Positions 9,031-18,203 of a DNA stretch of 64,000 nucleotides are shown piece after piece. A program made the translations under genes and the position numbers. The notes below the pieces were generated by a model, which was not told the DNA's origin, ran no database searches, and was given only the letters and a program-made list of their open reading frames with translations. Source of the DNA: Ignavibacteria bacterium (lineage in GTDB: Bacteria; Bacteroidota; Ignavibacteria; Tepidaquicellales; OLB5); NCBI GenBank assembly GCA_041917655.1, contig JAYRXC010000004.1:7450-71449 (forward strand). The letters run 5' to 3'. How positions within the stretch are numbered: position 1 is the stretch's first letter; every line of letters begins with the position of its first letter.

Positions 9031-10181
9031 TGGGAAATAGACCCTTTAGCAATAAGAACGCCTCAATATTTATCTCTGCCGGCGAGCACTCCGGCGATAT
9101 GCATGCCTCAGAGCTGATGAAACAGCTTAAAACACAGCTTGCGGACTGTGAAGTTACGTTCAGCGGCCTTGGAGGTGACAAAATGTCAGCCGTTGGACTA
9201 AAGCCGCTGTTTCATGTTATGGATCTTGCTACAGTAGGCTTTACAGACGTTATCAAAAAATACGGCTTTTTTAAGAATGCGATCAAAAGTTCCGCTGAAT
9301 ACATAAAGCAAAATAATCCTGATGTAGTAATACTGGTTGATTACCCGGGTTTTAACATCAGGCTTGCGGAAGCGATCCGGAAATTCTATACCGGGAAGAT
9401 AATTTATTACATTTCACCTCAATTGTGGGCATGGCATGAAAGCCGCGTAAACAAAATAAAAAAATATATTGATCTAATGCTTGTGGTGTTCCCGTTCGAA
9501 GTTGATTTTTACAACAAGCATGGTGTAAAAGCTGAATTCGTGGGACATCCGCTCGTTAAGAGAATTAAAGAATTCAGTGAATCGAACCAGCTTATAAAAC
9601 GTGATGCAGATATCAAGCGCATTACTTTACTGCCGGGCAGCCGTAAGGATGAGATCAAGAAGCATATGCCTGTACTAATCGAGTCAATGAAGAAGCTTCA
9701 GAGCACTATTAAGGCCGAGATATTTATCAGCATTGCTCCCGGGATGGAAAGCCATTTCGATGAGTTCAGGAATTCGATATCCGGGCTCACCCTAAGCAAT
9801 GAGCCATCTTACAAACTGATCTCCAATTCAGACCTTGTACTGACCAAAGCCGGCACTTCAACAATGGAGTGCACTTTGCTGCAGGTCCCCTACCTTATAT
9901 TCTACCGCACTTTCCCCCTGAACTATTATATACTGAAGCCGATAGTAAAGGTTGATAAGCTGGGAATTGCAAATATCCTGCTGGAAAAAGATGTTGTAAA
10001 GGAGTTCATTCAAAATGATTTCACGGCCGAGAATCTTGCTGCTGAATCTATAAGGATTCTGAGTGAAGAATCCTACAGGAAACAAATGCTGAGTGATCTC
10101 AGGAAGATTTGGGATACCCTTGGCAGCAAAGACGCATCTCAAAATGCTGCCGCACTGATAATTGAGAGGGCGGGATTATGA
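9030..10181 (+). CDS. lpxB: Lipid-A-disaccharide synthase
   Basis: IFISAGEHSGDMHASELMKQLK at the N-terminus, VDYPGFNIRLA, YYISPQLWAWH, GHPL and SGTSTMECTLL-like motifs; ~380 aa. Confidence 0.9.
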   Translation: MGNRPFSNKNASIFISAGEHSGDMHASELMKQLKTQLADCEVTFSGLGGDKMSAVGLKPLFHVMDLATVGFTDVIKKYGFFKNAIKSSAEYIKQNNPDVVILVDYPGFNIRLAEAIRKFYTGKIIYYISPQLWAWHESRVNKIKKYIDLMLVVFPFEVDFYNKHGVKAEFVGHPLVKRIKEFSESNQLIKRDADIKRITLLPGSRKDEIKKHMPVLIESMKKLQSTIKAEIFISIAPGMESHFDEFRNSISGLTLSNEPSYKLISNSDLVLTKAGTSTMECTLLQVPYLIFYRTFPLNYYILKPIVKVDKLGIANILLEKDVVKEFIQNDFTAENLAAESIRILSEESYRKQMLSDLRKIWDTLGSKDASQNAAALIIERAGL

Positions 10182-11239
10182 AAATAATATTGTATCCTCT
10201 TAGTTTCCTATTCCGTATCGGTGTTTTCTTCAGGAATATGATGTATAATGCGGGAGTATTCAAAACAAAGATACTCGATCCAAAAGTGATCTCGGTAGGC
10301 AATCTTTCGGCAGGCGGCACCGGTAAAACACCATTTGTTCAGCTTATCACAGAGTACCTGCTCAAAAAGGATAAGTTCGTAGTGGTTGTAAGCAAAGGTT
10401 ATAAGCGGGAATACGACGATATAAAGGTGGTCGAAGTAGGTTTCACCAACCGGCAGCACGAGCTGAATACTGAAAATATGGGAGATGAATCATTAATGCT
10501 TCTTGAGAATCTCTCACACATTGAAACCGGGCGGGGACTTCTTGTTGTTGGAGATGATAAAACCAAGGCTGCGAAATTTGCAGCAAGCAAGTTTAAGCCA
10601 GAGCTTATCATAATTGATGATGGTTTCCAGCACAGAAAGCTGTACAGGGACCTTGATATACTAATAATTAACCCTGATTCACCCGGCGGATTGATACCGG
10701 CCGGCAGGCTGCGCGAGCCGCGCGGAAATTATAAACGCGCTGACATGCTGGTGATTAACAACAAGTTTGACAAAATTCCGGTAAATGAGAATTATAAAAA
10801 TAAACCCAAAGTGATCTGCAGCTATGCCTTTGAAGGATTATTTAACTTTGAGAATAGTTCTCCAGATGGCTATACAGGCGAATCCGCCACTGTATTCTGC
10901 GGAATAGGCGAACCACAGTCATTCAAAGCACTGGTTGAAGAGCTTGGAATAAGAATTGATGAGTTTATCACTTTTCCTGATCATCATAATTTCACCAACG
11001 ATGACATATCAAAAATTTTGAGTATATTTAAATCAAAAGGCTCTAAGTATCTTTTAACAACACAGAAGGATTTTATACGTATTAATTCATCCGAATTGGT
11101 TCTGAATGCAAAAAGTGAAAATTCATACAAGAACATATTGTACAATTATCCACTTTATTATGCAAAAATAAAGATGCAAATTGACCAAAATTCGGAATTA
11201 TTATTCAAAGATATAGATAATTTACTCAGCACAGAATGA
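10178..11239 (+). CDS. lpxK: Tetraacyldisaccharide 4'-kinase
   Basis: P-loop VISVGNLSAGGTGKTP, SKGYKR, DDGFQH and LREP motifs. 4-nt ATGA overlap with lpxB. Confidence 0.9.
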   Translation: MKIILYPLSFLFRIGVFFRNMMYNAGVFKTKILDPKVISVGNLSAGGTGKTPFVQLITEYLLKKDKFVVVVSKGYKREYDDIKVVEVGFTNRQHELNTENMGDESLMLLENLSHIETGRGLLVVGDDKTKAAKFAASKFKPELIIIDDGFQHRKLYRDLDILIINPDSPGGLIPAGRLREPRGNYKRADMLVINNKFDKIPVNENYKNKPKVICSYAFEGLFNFENSSPDGYTGESATVFCGIGEPQSFKALVEELGIRIDEFITFPDHHNFTNDDISKILSIFKSKGSKYLLTTQKDFIRINSSELVLNAKSENSYKNILYNYPLYYAKIKMQIDQNSELLFKDIDNLLSTE

Positions 11240-11928
11240 ACCGAAAAACCGCTCTGACAAGAAGCGACAGCAGATTTCACAATTATAAGAACTGGCTTGA
11301 AGCAGCGGATATTCCGTACGAAGTACTTGATTGGGAACAAAACAATTTTGATGATATAAAAAAGTGCTCTTCCCTGCTTCTGACAGGCGGGGTTGATATA
11401 TTCCCTGAGTTTTACAATGACTGGGAAGACGGCAAGCACCGCGAAGATTATATCCCGGAGCGGGATGGATTTGAATTCCGCCTGCTTGAATACGCTTTGG
11501 ATAACAAGTACCCGGTACTTGGCATTTGCCGGGGGCTTCAGCTGATAAACTGCAAGCTGAACGGCAGCCTGATAAGCGATATAGAAACGATCAGGGGCAC
11601 AAATCACAGGAAAGTATCGCAGACTGAGGACAGGATGCACCGGATCAACATAAAAGAAGGCTCAATGCTCAGCGGACTGGCCGGCAGCAATGAAGCTATT
11701 GCAAACAGCTCCCATCACCAGGCGATTGACAGACTTGGAGAAGGACTAGTTGTTACTGCCCGCGCCGAAGACGGAATTATAGAAGCAGTGGAATGGGTTG
11801 AAGGCGCAGGAAAGCCCTTTTTCCTTGCCGTGCAATGGCACCCGGAAAGATATCCGGACCCGAAAGATAAACTAAGCAATGCAATTTTGAACAAATTCAG
11901 AGAGGAAACTAACAACAATCAGAGTTAA
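11236..11928 (+). CDS. Class I glutamine amidotransferase-like, peptidase C26 (PuuD / gamma-glutamyl hydrolase family)
   Basis: LLLTGGVDI, the nucleophile elbow PVLGICRGLQLIN, SSHHQAID and AVQWHPE motifs. 4-nt overlap with the lpxK stop. Confidence 0.8.
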   Translation: MNRKTALTRSDSRFHNYKNWLEAADIPYEVLDWEQNNFDDIKKCSSLLLTGGVDIFPEFYNDWEDGKHREDYIPERDGFEFRLLEYALDNKYPVLGICRGLQLINCKLNGSLISDIETIRGTNHRKVSQTEDRMHRINIKEGSMLSGLAGSNEAIANSSHHQAIDRLGEGLVVTARAEDGIIEAVEWVEGAGKPFFLAVQWHPERYPDPKDKLSNAILNKFREETNNNQS

Positions 11929-11956
11929 CAAAGCCCTCGTTTACATTACTTCATGC

Positions 11957-12721
11957 ATGCTACTGGTATTAGCGGCATGTTCCGGCTCATCAGGCAACAA
12001 TGAGCTTGAAAGCATTCCCGTTAAGGATATCAAAGAACGGGTTAACCGGAATTCCGTTGTAATTGAATCAATGGAAGCATCCGGTAACATTGCTTTTGAT
12101 TCACCCGAGCAATCAGGCACAGGGTGGATTGAAGTGAAGATAAAAAAGCCCGATACGGTGTATGTACGCATCGAAGGACCGTTTGGGATCTCTATAGCAA
12201 ATGCGCTGATAACCAGGAACGATTTCATTTATTATAACGCGCAGGAAAACAAAGCCATAACAGGCTCTTCCACACCGATAAACATTGGGGCTATTCTGCG
12301 CATTAAGGTTACATTTGATGAGCTGATAAGCGGGTTCACCGGCAGCTTTATGTTCCCTGACTCACCCGGCGACTCAACCGTGGCAAACTCTGAAAACGGG
12401 ATGTATCTGCTGGAGCAATCAATTATGCAGGAAGAAGTTAAGGGGAAACAGAAGTTTTATATCGATCCTTCCCTTTTCACTGTAAACAAATACAACAGCC
12501 TCGATGGTGCGAACTTAACGCAGGTGGAAGTTAACTACCAAAATTATTCAGAGGAGTCTGCTTCAGGCAAAAGCCTGTATTTCCCCTCAAGTATCAAGAT
12601 CAATAATCCCGGTAAAAAGCAGTCGGTTTATGTAGACTATGTTAACAAAGAGTTCAATAAATCCGGCCTCACTTTCAAAATGAAGATACCTAAATCAGCC
12701 AAAGTATTAAAGTGGGACTAA
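11957..12721 (+). CDS. LolB-like / DUF4292-type outer-membrane lipoprotein
   Basis: Short signal peptide with lipobox MLLVLAAC-SG. GNIAFDSPEQSGTGWIEVKIKKPDTVYVRIEGPFG resembles LolB/DUF4292 proteins. It sits in front of an M23 peptidase, as is common in the FCB group. Confidence 0.5.
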   Translation: MLLVLAACSGSSGNNELESIPVKDIKERVNRNSVVIESMEASGNIAFDSPEQSGTGWIEVKIKKPDTVYVRIEGPFGISIANALITRNDFIYYNAQENKAITGSSTPINIGAILRIKVTFDELISGFTGSFMFPDSPGDSTVANSENGMYLLEQSIMQEEVKGKQKFYIDPSLFTVNKYNSLDGANLTQVEVNYQNYSEESASGKSLYFPSSIKINNPGKKQSVYVDYVNKEFNKSGLTFKMKIPKSAKVLKWD

Positions 12722-12725
12722 ACAA

Positions 12726-13901
12726 ATGAGTGGATCGGGCCAGCTGAAATTTACGCTTCTGCTTATCCTGTTGTGTGCTGTATGCGGTGCAACATTCGAG
12801 GAAATAATCAGTGATAAAAAGAAGCAGATCGATATTGTTGAAAAGGAAATTCTCGATAGTAAGAACAGGGTGTCAGCTATTACGGGTAAAACCACCGCAC
12901 TTAACCAGCAGATCGATTCAGTTGAATCGGCAATAAGCGCCATTAACAGCTTCCTTAAGAATTACGAGAATGAATCATTCATGACCCCTGACCAGATCGC
13001 AATTGAAACTAATATGATAATCTACCTTGCCGAAGAAGTTGACCGTATACAGGAAAGCTTCAGGCAGAAGGTTGTAAGCCTGTATAAGCATGGCGAAAAT
13101 TATGAGCTGGAGCTTCTGCTAAGCTCTAAAACCCCCAACGAATACCTAAGAAGAAACCAGTATCTTCAGAAGTTCTCTCAGAACCGCAAAAAAGAGCTGC
13201 GTGAGCTGAAGGCTAAGAAATTCATACTGGAAGAAAAGAAAAAGATGGTTACTCTTTCAACATCTTCTCAGCGGTTCTATGTGGAGTCAAAACGAAATGA
13301 ACGCTCTGCAATGGAATCCCGGCTTAAAGAGCTTAAGCTGCAGCGCAGCGATTCCGAAAACGAGTCCAGGCTGCTTGCGCAAAGTGTGTTAAGATATGAA
13401 TCACAGTTAAACAGCATACGAAATTTCATTAGTAATTTTGAAGCAAACAGGGAAAGCTACAAGGATGTAAAGTACAGCAGGCTTAGTTACGAATCAGCCG
13501 ACTTGAACGCAGTCAAAGGGAACCTGAACCTTCCTGTTGATATCGGGCTCATCACAACTAATTTCGGGAACATTGCCGACGGAAAAACCCTCGCGATTTC
13601 ATATAATAGCGGTGTCGATCTCTCAATTGCGCGCGGCTCAAAGGTATATTCTGTAGCAGCAGGCGAAGTTACATTCATCACCGAGCTTCCCTATTACGGA
13701 AAAACGATCATCATTACACATGAAAATGGATTCAGGTCGGTTTATTCAACTCTGAGCGAAGTAAATGTTGTGGTGGGTGATATGGTGAAGCTGAACCAAG
13801 TTATTGCAAAAACAGGCGAAACCCTGGATGGGCAGAGCATTCATTTTGAGCTTTGGCAAAATGCAGCGCCCGTAAATCCCCGCGAATGGCTTCGATTCTG
13901 A
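12726..13901 (+). CDS. M23 family peptidase with N-terminal coiled coil (EnvC-like murein hydrolase activator)
   Basis: Signal peptide, a ~250-aa coiled coil, then GVDLSIARGSKVYSVAAGEVTF...GKTIIITHENGFRSVYSTLSEV...GDMV...IHFELW (LytM/M23 domain). Confidence 0.85.
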   Translation: MSGSGQLKFTLLLILLCAVCGATFEEIISDKKKQIDIVEKEILDSKNRVSAITGKTTALNQQIDSVESAISAINSFLKNYENESFMTPDQIAIETNMIIYLAEEVDRIQESFRQKVVSLYKHGENYELELLLSSKTPNEYLRRNQYLQKFSQNRKKELRELKAKKFILEEKKKMVTLSTSSQRFYVESKRNERSAMESRLKELKLQRSDSENESRLLAQSVLRYESQLNSIRNFISNFEANRESYKDVKYSRLSYESADLNAVKGNLNLPVDIGLITTNFGNIADGKTLAISYNSGVDLSIARGSKVYSVAAGEVTFITELPYYGKTIIITHENGFRSVYSTLSEVNVVVGDMVKLNQVIAKTGETLDGQSIHFELWQNAAPVNPREWLRF

Positions 13902-13975
13902 AGCCTTACTTATTTTTTTTTCTACTCTTCGCTCAGTCTCCAAAATAATTACACAAACTGAAACCTGCATACTGC

Positions 13976-15475
13976 TCACTTCACAAGGACCATTTTCCTT
14001 ATTTCGGAATAGCTATTTTCTTCTCCCCTTAGTGTAATCCTGTAGAAATATATACCTGAAGAAAGATCTGAGCCATCAATTGAGACTGAATGGAATCCCG
14101 CAGGTTTGAATACGGATGAATATTTCATTTCTTTACCGGTTATATCAAACAGTTGAACAGAGAGCACTCCTTCATAAGGTAATTGAATATCTACTTTGCT
14201 GTTTGGATTGGAAGGATTCGGATAGTTTTGTGATACGTCGAACTTTGACGGATTTTTTATCTCAACCGGTGAGTCCATGTAGTGGAATTCATAATTGCCG
14301 TTATAATCAATTTGCTTTAGCCTGAATCTGTATTTCCCCGGAACAGACAACACAACACTATACTGATAGTCAACCGGTGAATTCGTAGTCCCGCTGCCAA
14401 TAACGCTGCCTTTTTTCAGCCATTCACCATTCGGCTCTATTGACGCTTCAATTTCAAAGCCCGCATTGTTAAGCTCCCATGTAGTACCCCAGGCGAGATT
14501 AACACGTCTGCCTGTTACATTTGAATTAAAATAACCAAGCTCAACAGGCAGCGGCTGATCTGTAGTTCGCAGTATCACACCGTTTGCTCCCACAGTGAAC
14601 CCAGTGGTGTTATTTACAAAACATACAGAAATCAGTGATGTACTTACTCCGCTGCTTTGTATGCTCCAGTTACTGCCTCCATTGGAAGTCCGCAGGATTT
14701 GTCCAGTGGACATGACGCCGTAGCCGGTATAAGAATCCAGAAAATACATACCAAAAAAAGTAGATAAATAAGTGAGTACCGTCCAGTTTACACCCCTGTT
14801 AGTTGTTTTGTACATTCCAATGCCGGCCGCGTAGCCCGTATTTGCGTCAGTGAATGTTATAGCAAATGTCTGAATTTCAAATGGTACAGCTCTTTGATTC
14901 CAGCTTGAGCCTCCATCTACAGTGTAGAGCAGTGTATAACCTGTTGTTGTGGCGAATACAGTATCAGCGCTTAGGATGCCGACATCGTATAAAAAAGAGG
15001 AGGTGCCGCTCACCTGCTGCTCCCATGTGGTTCCGGCATTTGTTGTTTTTACTATTAACCCCGGGTATCCAACGGCAAAGCCTGTATTTGAATTTGCGAA
15101 TTTCACTGATAAAAAATCTCCCCCGGGGAGGGTGTATTGCAGGCTCCATTGGGCTCCCCCATTTGTTGTTTTGAGAATATTTCCGATTCTGGTGCAAATA
15201 TACCCGGTTGTGGAATTTATCATGAATATCTTATTCGGGTTAGATACTCCGGCAGGAATACTCTGGGAGACCCAGTTGTTTCCGGAATTGGTGGTTTTAA
15301 GTATTACTCCTGCTGGATTTGTAGGCCAGCCCGTCGCCCAGCCTGTGGATGAACTCGTAAAACAAACCGATGTAAGCCCTGTGGTTGTCCCTGAATTCAA
15401 AGATGTCCATGTCTGTGCGACTGACATTCTCAACAGGCAAATTATAATAAGCAGTAAAATTATCAAGTACTTCAT
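13976..15475 (-). CDS. Secreted BNR/Ycf48-like beta-propeller repeat protein with T9SS C-terminal sorting domain
   Basis: Signal peptide, many repeats of the T(T/S)NGGxxW type (TTNSGNNW, TTNGGAQW, TTNAGTTW, TVDGGSSW, TTNRGVNW, TSNGGSNW). The C-terminus ...LSSGIYFYRITLRGEENSYSEIRKMVLVK is typical of a Por/T9SS CTD. Confidence 0.8.
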   Translation of the reverse strand: MKYLIILLLIIICLLRMSVAQTWTSLNSGTTTGLTSVCFTSSSTGWATGWPTNPAGVILKTTNSGNNWVSQSIPAGVSNPNKIFMINSTTGYICTRIGNILKTTNGGAQWSLQYTLPGGDFLSVKFANSNTGFAVGYPGLIVKTTNAGTTWEQQVSGTSSFLYDVGILSADTVFATTTGYTLLYTVDGGSSWNQRAVPFEIQTFAITFTDANTGYAAGIGMYKTTNRGVNWTVLTYLSTFFGMYFLDSYTGYGVMSTGQILRTSNGGSNWSIQSSGVSTSLISVCFVNNTTGFTVGANGVILRTTDQPLPVELGYFNSNVTGRRVNLAWGTTWELNNAGFEIEASIEPNGEWLKKGSVIGSGTTNSPVDYQYSVVLSVPGKYRFRLKQIDYNGNYEFHYMDSPVEIKNPSKFDVSQNYPNPSNPNSKVDIQLPYEGVLSVQLFDITGKEMKYSSVFKPAGFHSVSIDGSDLSSGIYFYRITLRGEENSYSEIRKMVLVK

Positions 15476-15514
15476 AGAAATTTCCTTCCCCTTTTAAAGT
15501 AATTCAATGAATAT

Positions 15515-15724
15515 TCAGATAGAGTTCTTTAATATTTTAGAAAGCTTGTCTTCCAGTTTCTGCAGGTCATCTGTGGAACTTCCAGCCTGCATAAGTGGAT
15601 CAGTACTTTTGTACCTGTGCTCCAGCTCGGCAGATGCTGTAATGAACTCAATGGTTTTTCTCTCAAGCTGTTTGACAAGCTCTTTTATCTGTTTGATCTT
15701 GTCTTCAAAACTGCTGTTTTTCAT
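15515..15724 (-). CDS. Small (69 aa) coiled-coil hypothetical protein
   Basis: Charged heptad-like sequence MKNSSFEDKIKQIKELVKQLERKTIEF...LQKLEDKLSKILKNSI. It is more protein-like than the overlapping plus-strand ORF 15507..15758, which is Ser/Leu/Cys-rich. Confidence 0.45.
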   Translation of the reverse strand: MKNSSFEDKIKQIKELVKQLERKTIEFITASAELEHRYKSTDPLMQAGSSTDDLQKLEDKLSKILKNSI

Positions 15725-15910
15725 TCTAATCCTGTTTGATTTAAATCAATTTAGTTAACCGAAACGGTATTGGTCAAAAAAATTTTCGAAAGAAAGTCCC
15801 TGCTCATTTGGGGCTATTTTGCAATAAAATTGAATTTTCATTCAAATTTGACTGCTTTTTCACTTACAAAGTCACTGGCATTTACGTATATTAGCTTAAA
15901 ATTAGAGCTA

Positions 15911-17353
15911 ATGAGATTAAGTAAGCTTGCAGGGATACTATCAGCGTTCAGCAAAACAGAATTCAGCGAGTTCGGGAAGTTCGTCCGCTCGCCATATCAC
16001 AACCGAACTGAAAGAGACCTTGAGTCCTTTTATAGAGCGATCAAACCGTATTATCCGGATTTCAATATCACCAGGGAAAATTTGTACAACAGGCTCTACC
16101 AGGGGAAGCAGTACAATGAAAAAACCCTGAAAAATCTTTTTACAGATACATTCAAATTGGCTAAAGAATTCTTGGCATACAACAGTTTCCGTGAGAGTAA
16201 AAGAGCTTTTAACAATTTTCTAGCCGAAGCTATGCTTTCTAAGAATCTGGGAAATGAGTACATCAAAGCAGCAGAAAATTCACTTGAGCTGCTGAATGAA
16301 ATGCGGCCGGGAAGCGAAGACTATTTTCTCAATCTCCGCCGGTACCACCAGCACATGATGATACATTCGAAGTCAGTTTATAAGAATAAAAATGAATCAT
16401 TCCACATTCAAAGCTCAATAGAGGCATTACTTGTTTTGCTGCTCAAAGATCTGTCAAATGTGCTTGTTAACAAGGAGCTTTCTGTTTACCTGAATGTACA
16501 GGAACAGCAAAGCATGCTTCTTGAAATGTTCTTCGGAAATTTTGAGATCGATGCTTTCATGATGCAATTCAAAGAGCTGAATGACGGGTTTTACCCCTTT
16601 GTAGCTTTCAGGTATTACCTCTATAAAGATCTCGGCGCAGGCAATGACCTCAGTTGGTTCTACAAACTTAAAGCAGTAGTATTGGAGAATTTCGATAAAT
16701 TCAGCGCGGAAACGCAGTTTGAAGCCACTTGGGCGGTCATCAACAGCTGCGCTATGACTTCCCGCAGGGCAATGCCCGAAATGAGACGCGAGAGCTTCGA
16801 AATGCTGAAGCTGCAGCTAAGCAAAGGACTGCACATAGCACCGGGCAGCAGCTACTATCTTACGCCCGCATTCAACCAAATGCTTACAGAAGCTCTTTAC
16901 TTCCGTGAATATGATTACATTGAAAATGTAATTAGAGTTCACTCTGCGGAGCTTGAACCGGGAATTAAGGAAGACATGCAGAACTGGGGATACGCTTCCT
17001 TGTATTACGAAATAGGAGAATACGAAAAAGCTCTCAGCCATGCTTCCAGAATAAGTTTCAGGGAATCGAACTTTAAAGTACAGTCCAAGTTCCTGCTCTT
17101 CAAGATCTTCTATGAAATGGAGTTAACCGAACAGGCTCTTTCGATACTCAACACATCGCTGCATGCGCTTAAGCTGGAAGATCTATCAGCAGAAGTTAAA
17201 GCAAGGTATGAAAAGTCATTCAGGTTTGCTATTAGCCTTCTTAAACTACGCGATAAGACTTCTCCGGAAGAGAAAGAAATGCTGAGCAGAAAGATAGAAA
17301 AAGAAAATTTCATTGGAAAAAAATGGATGCAGAATAAGCTGGATGCACTGTAA
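15911..17353 (+). CDS. Hypothetical all-helical (TPR-like) protein
   Basis: Long ORF with even coding-like composition. The likely start is the ATG at 15911 (MRLSKLAGILSAF...) rather than the TTG at 15770. No catalytic motif recognised. Confidence 0.6.
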   Translation: MRLSKLAGILSAFSKTEFSEFGKFVRSPYHNRTERDLESFYRAIKPYYPDFNITRENLYNRLYQGKQYNEKTLKNLFTDTFKLAKEFLAYNSFRESKRAFNNFLAEAMLSKNLGNEYIKAAENSLELLNEMRPGSEDYFLNLRRYHQHMMIHSKSVYKNKNESFHIQSSIEALLVLLLKDLSNVLVNKELSVYLNVQEQQSMLLEMFFGNFEIDAFMMQFKELNDGFYPFVAFRYYLYKDLGAGNDLSWFYKLKAVVLENFDKFSAETQFEATWAVINSCAMTSRRAMPEMRRESFEMLKLQLSKGLHIAPGSSYYLTPAFNQMLTEALYFREYDYIENVIRVHSAELEPGIKEDMQNWGYASLYYEIGEYEKALSHASRISFRESNFKVQSKFLLFKIFYEMELTEQALSILNTSLHALKLEDLSAEVKARYEKSFRFAISLLKLRDKTSPEEKEMLSRKIEKENFIGKKWMQNKLDAL

Positions 17354-17440
17354 AATCTTGTCCCTGTGTTGACTGAGAACACCATTGTTATGCAGCTCAT
17401 AACCGCATGATTGCAGACCCTTTCACACTGAATTCCTAAA

Positions 17441-17469
17441 TTGATTTTGGATGAAATTCTTGTTATTTT
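17441..17469 (+). promoter_or_regulatory. Candidate sigma-70-type promoter of the atp operon
   Basis: TTGATT (17441..17446), a 17-nt spacer, then TATTTT (17464..17469), ending 30 nt before the atpZ start at 17499. Confidence 0.4.
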
Positions 17470-17498
17470 TGTAAATTCACTGAAAAATTTGGCGAAAA

Positions 17499-17774
17499 AT
17501 GAGGGAAAATAACGGCATTTCTGATGAAAAAAATGCTGATAATCCTTCTGAAATGCGAAAAATTGCCAAATCATACAGCTCCGGCTGGAGATATGCCGAA
17601 TATGCCTTTCAATATGGCGCTTCAATTGTTCTTTGCTCATTGGGAGGATATTGGCTCGATAACTGGCTAAATACCGGCAATTGGCTTCTCATAATTGGCG
17701 TTTTGTTCGGTTCAGTTGCGGGATTTGTAAATCTACTAAGGGGTTTAAACTACAAAGGACCAAAGGTTAAATAA
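17499..17774 (+). CDS. AtpZ/AtpI-family small membrane protein of the F-ATPase operon
   Basis: YAFQYGASIVLCSLGGYWLDNWLNTGNWLLIIGVLFGSVAGFVNLLR is the 2-TM AtpZ/AtpI signature. It is the first gene of the atp operon. Confidence 0.75.
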   Translation: MRENNGISDEKNADNPSEMRKIAKSYSSGWRYAEYAFQYGASIVLCSLGGYWLDNWLNTGNWLLIIGVLFGSVAGFVNLLRGLNYKGPKVK

Positions 17775-17779
17775 TTCAG

Positions 17780-18199
17780 ATGGCTGTTAAAAATACAAAT
17801 GATCTGAATTTTTTGAAATATGCCGGCTTGATCAGTTTGATCCTGATAGCAGCAGCATCCTACCCTGTTTATAAGTACGCAACTGAGATCCAGATGTATT
17901 CTTTCGCGGCAGGATATGGTATCAGCCTTTTTAACGCGCTGATTGGCTACAAACTGAACACCATGGCTTTCGGGAAACCTACGAAGAGCTTTATGATGTT
18001 AGTTTTCGGCGGGATGGGGATAAGGCTTCTTATCGTAATGCTGATACTACTGATCATCCTGGTTTACACGCCGCTTGATTCAATGAGCCTGGTTGGCTCG
18101 GTTTTTTTCTTCTACACAGTTTTCATAATACTCGAAATTTACTTCCTGCAAAAGCAGCAGGCACTGGCTAAAAAAGATAATAAGATAACACCGAAATAA
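17780..18199 (+). CDS. 4-TM membrane protein between atpZ and atpB (ATP synthase protein I-like position)
   Basis: 139 aa with four hydrophobic segments. Only 5 nt separate it from atpZ and 4 nt from atpB. No motif recognised. Confidence 0.55.
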   Translation: MAVKNTNDLNFLKYAGLISLILIAAASYPVYKYATEIQMYSFAAGYGISLFNALIGYKLNTMAFGKPTKSFMMLVFGGMGIRLLIVMLILLIILVYTPLDSMSLVGSVFFFYTVFIILEIYFLQKQQALAKKDNKITPK

Positions 18200-18203
18200 T
18201 ATA

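Noticed and set aside
14949-15497. 182-aa plus-strand ORF opposite the BNR/T9SS gene
   Set aside because: It is entirely antisense to a CDS with clear repeats and a T9SS sorting domain. It has no motifs and a Pro/Val-rich mirror composition.
15507-15758. 83-aa plus-strand ORF overlapping the 69-aa coiled-coil ORF
   Set aside because: The Ser/Leu/Cys/Phe-rich sequence is not protein-like. The minus-strand reading gives a regular charged coiled coil, which I prefer, though with only moderate confidence.
17110-17640. 176-aa minus-strand ORF spanning the end of the helical protein gene, the atp promoter region and atpZ
   Set aside because: It overlaps two better-supported plus-strand CDSs and the intergenic promoter. 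It has no motif.
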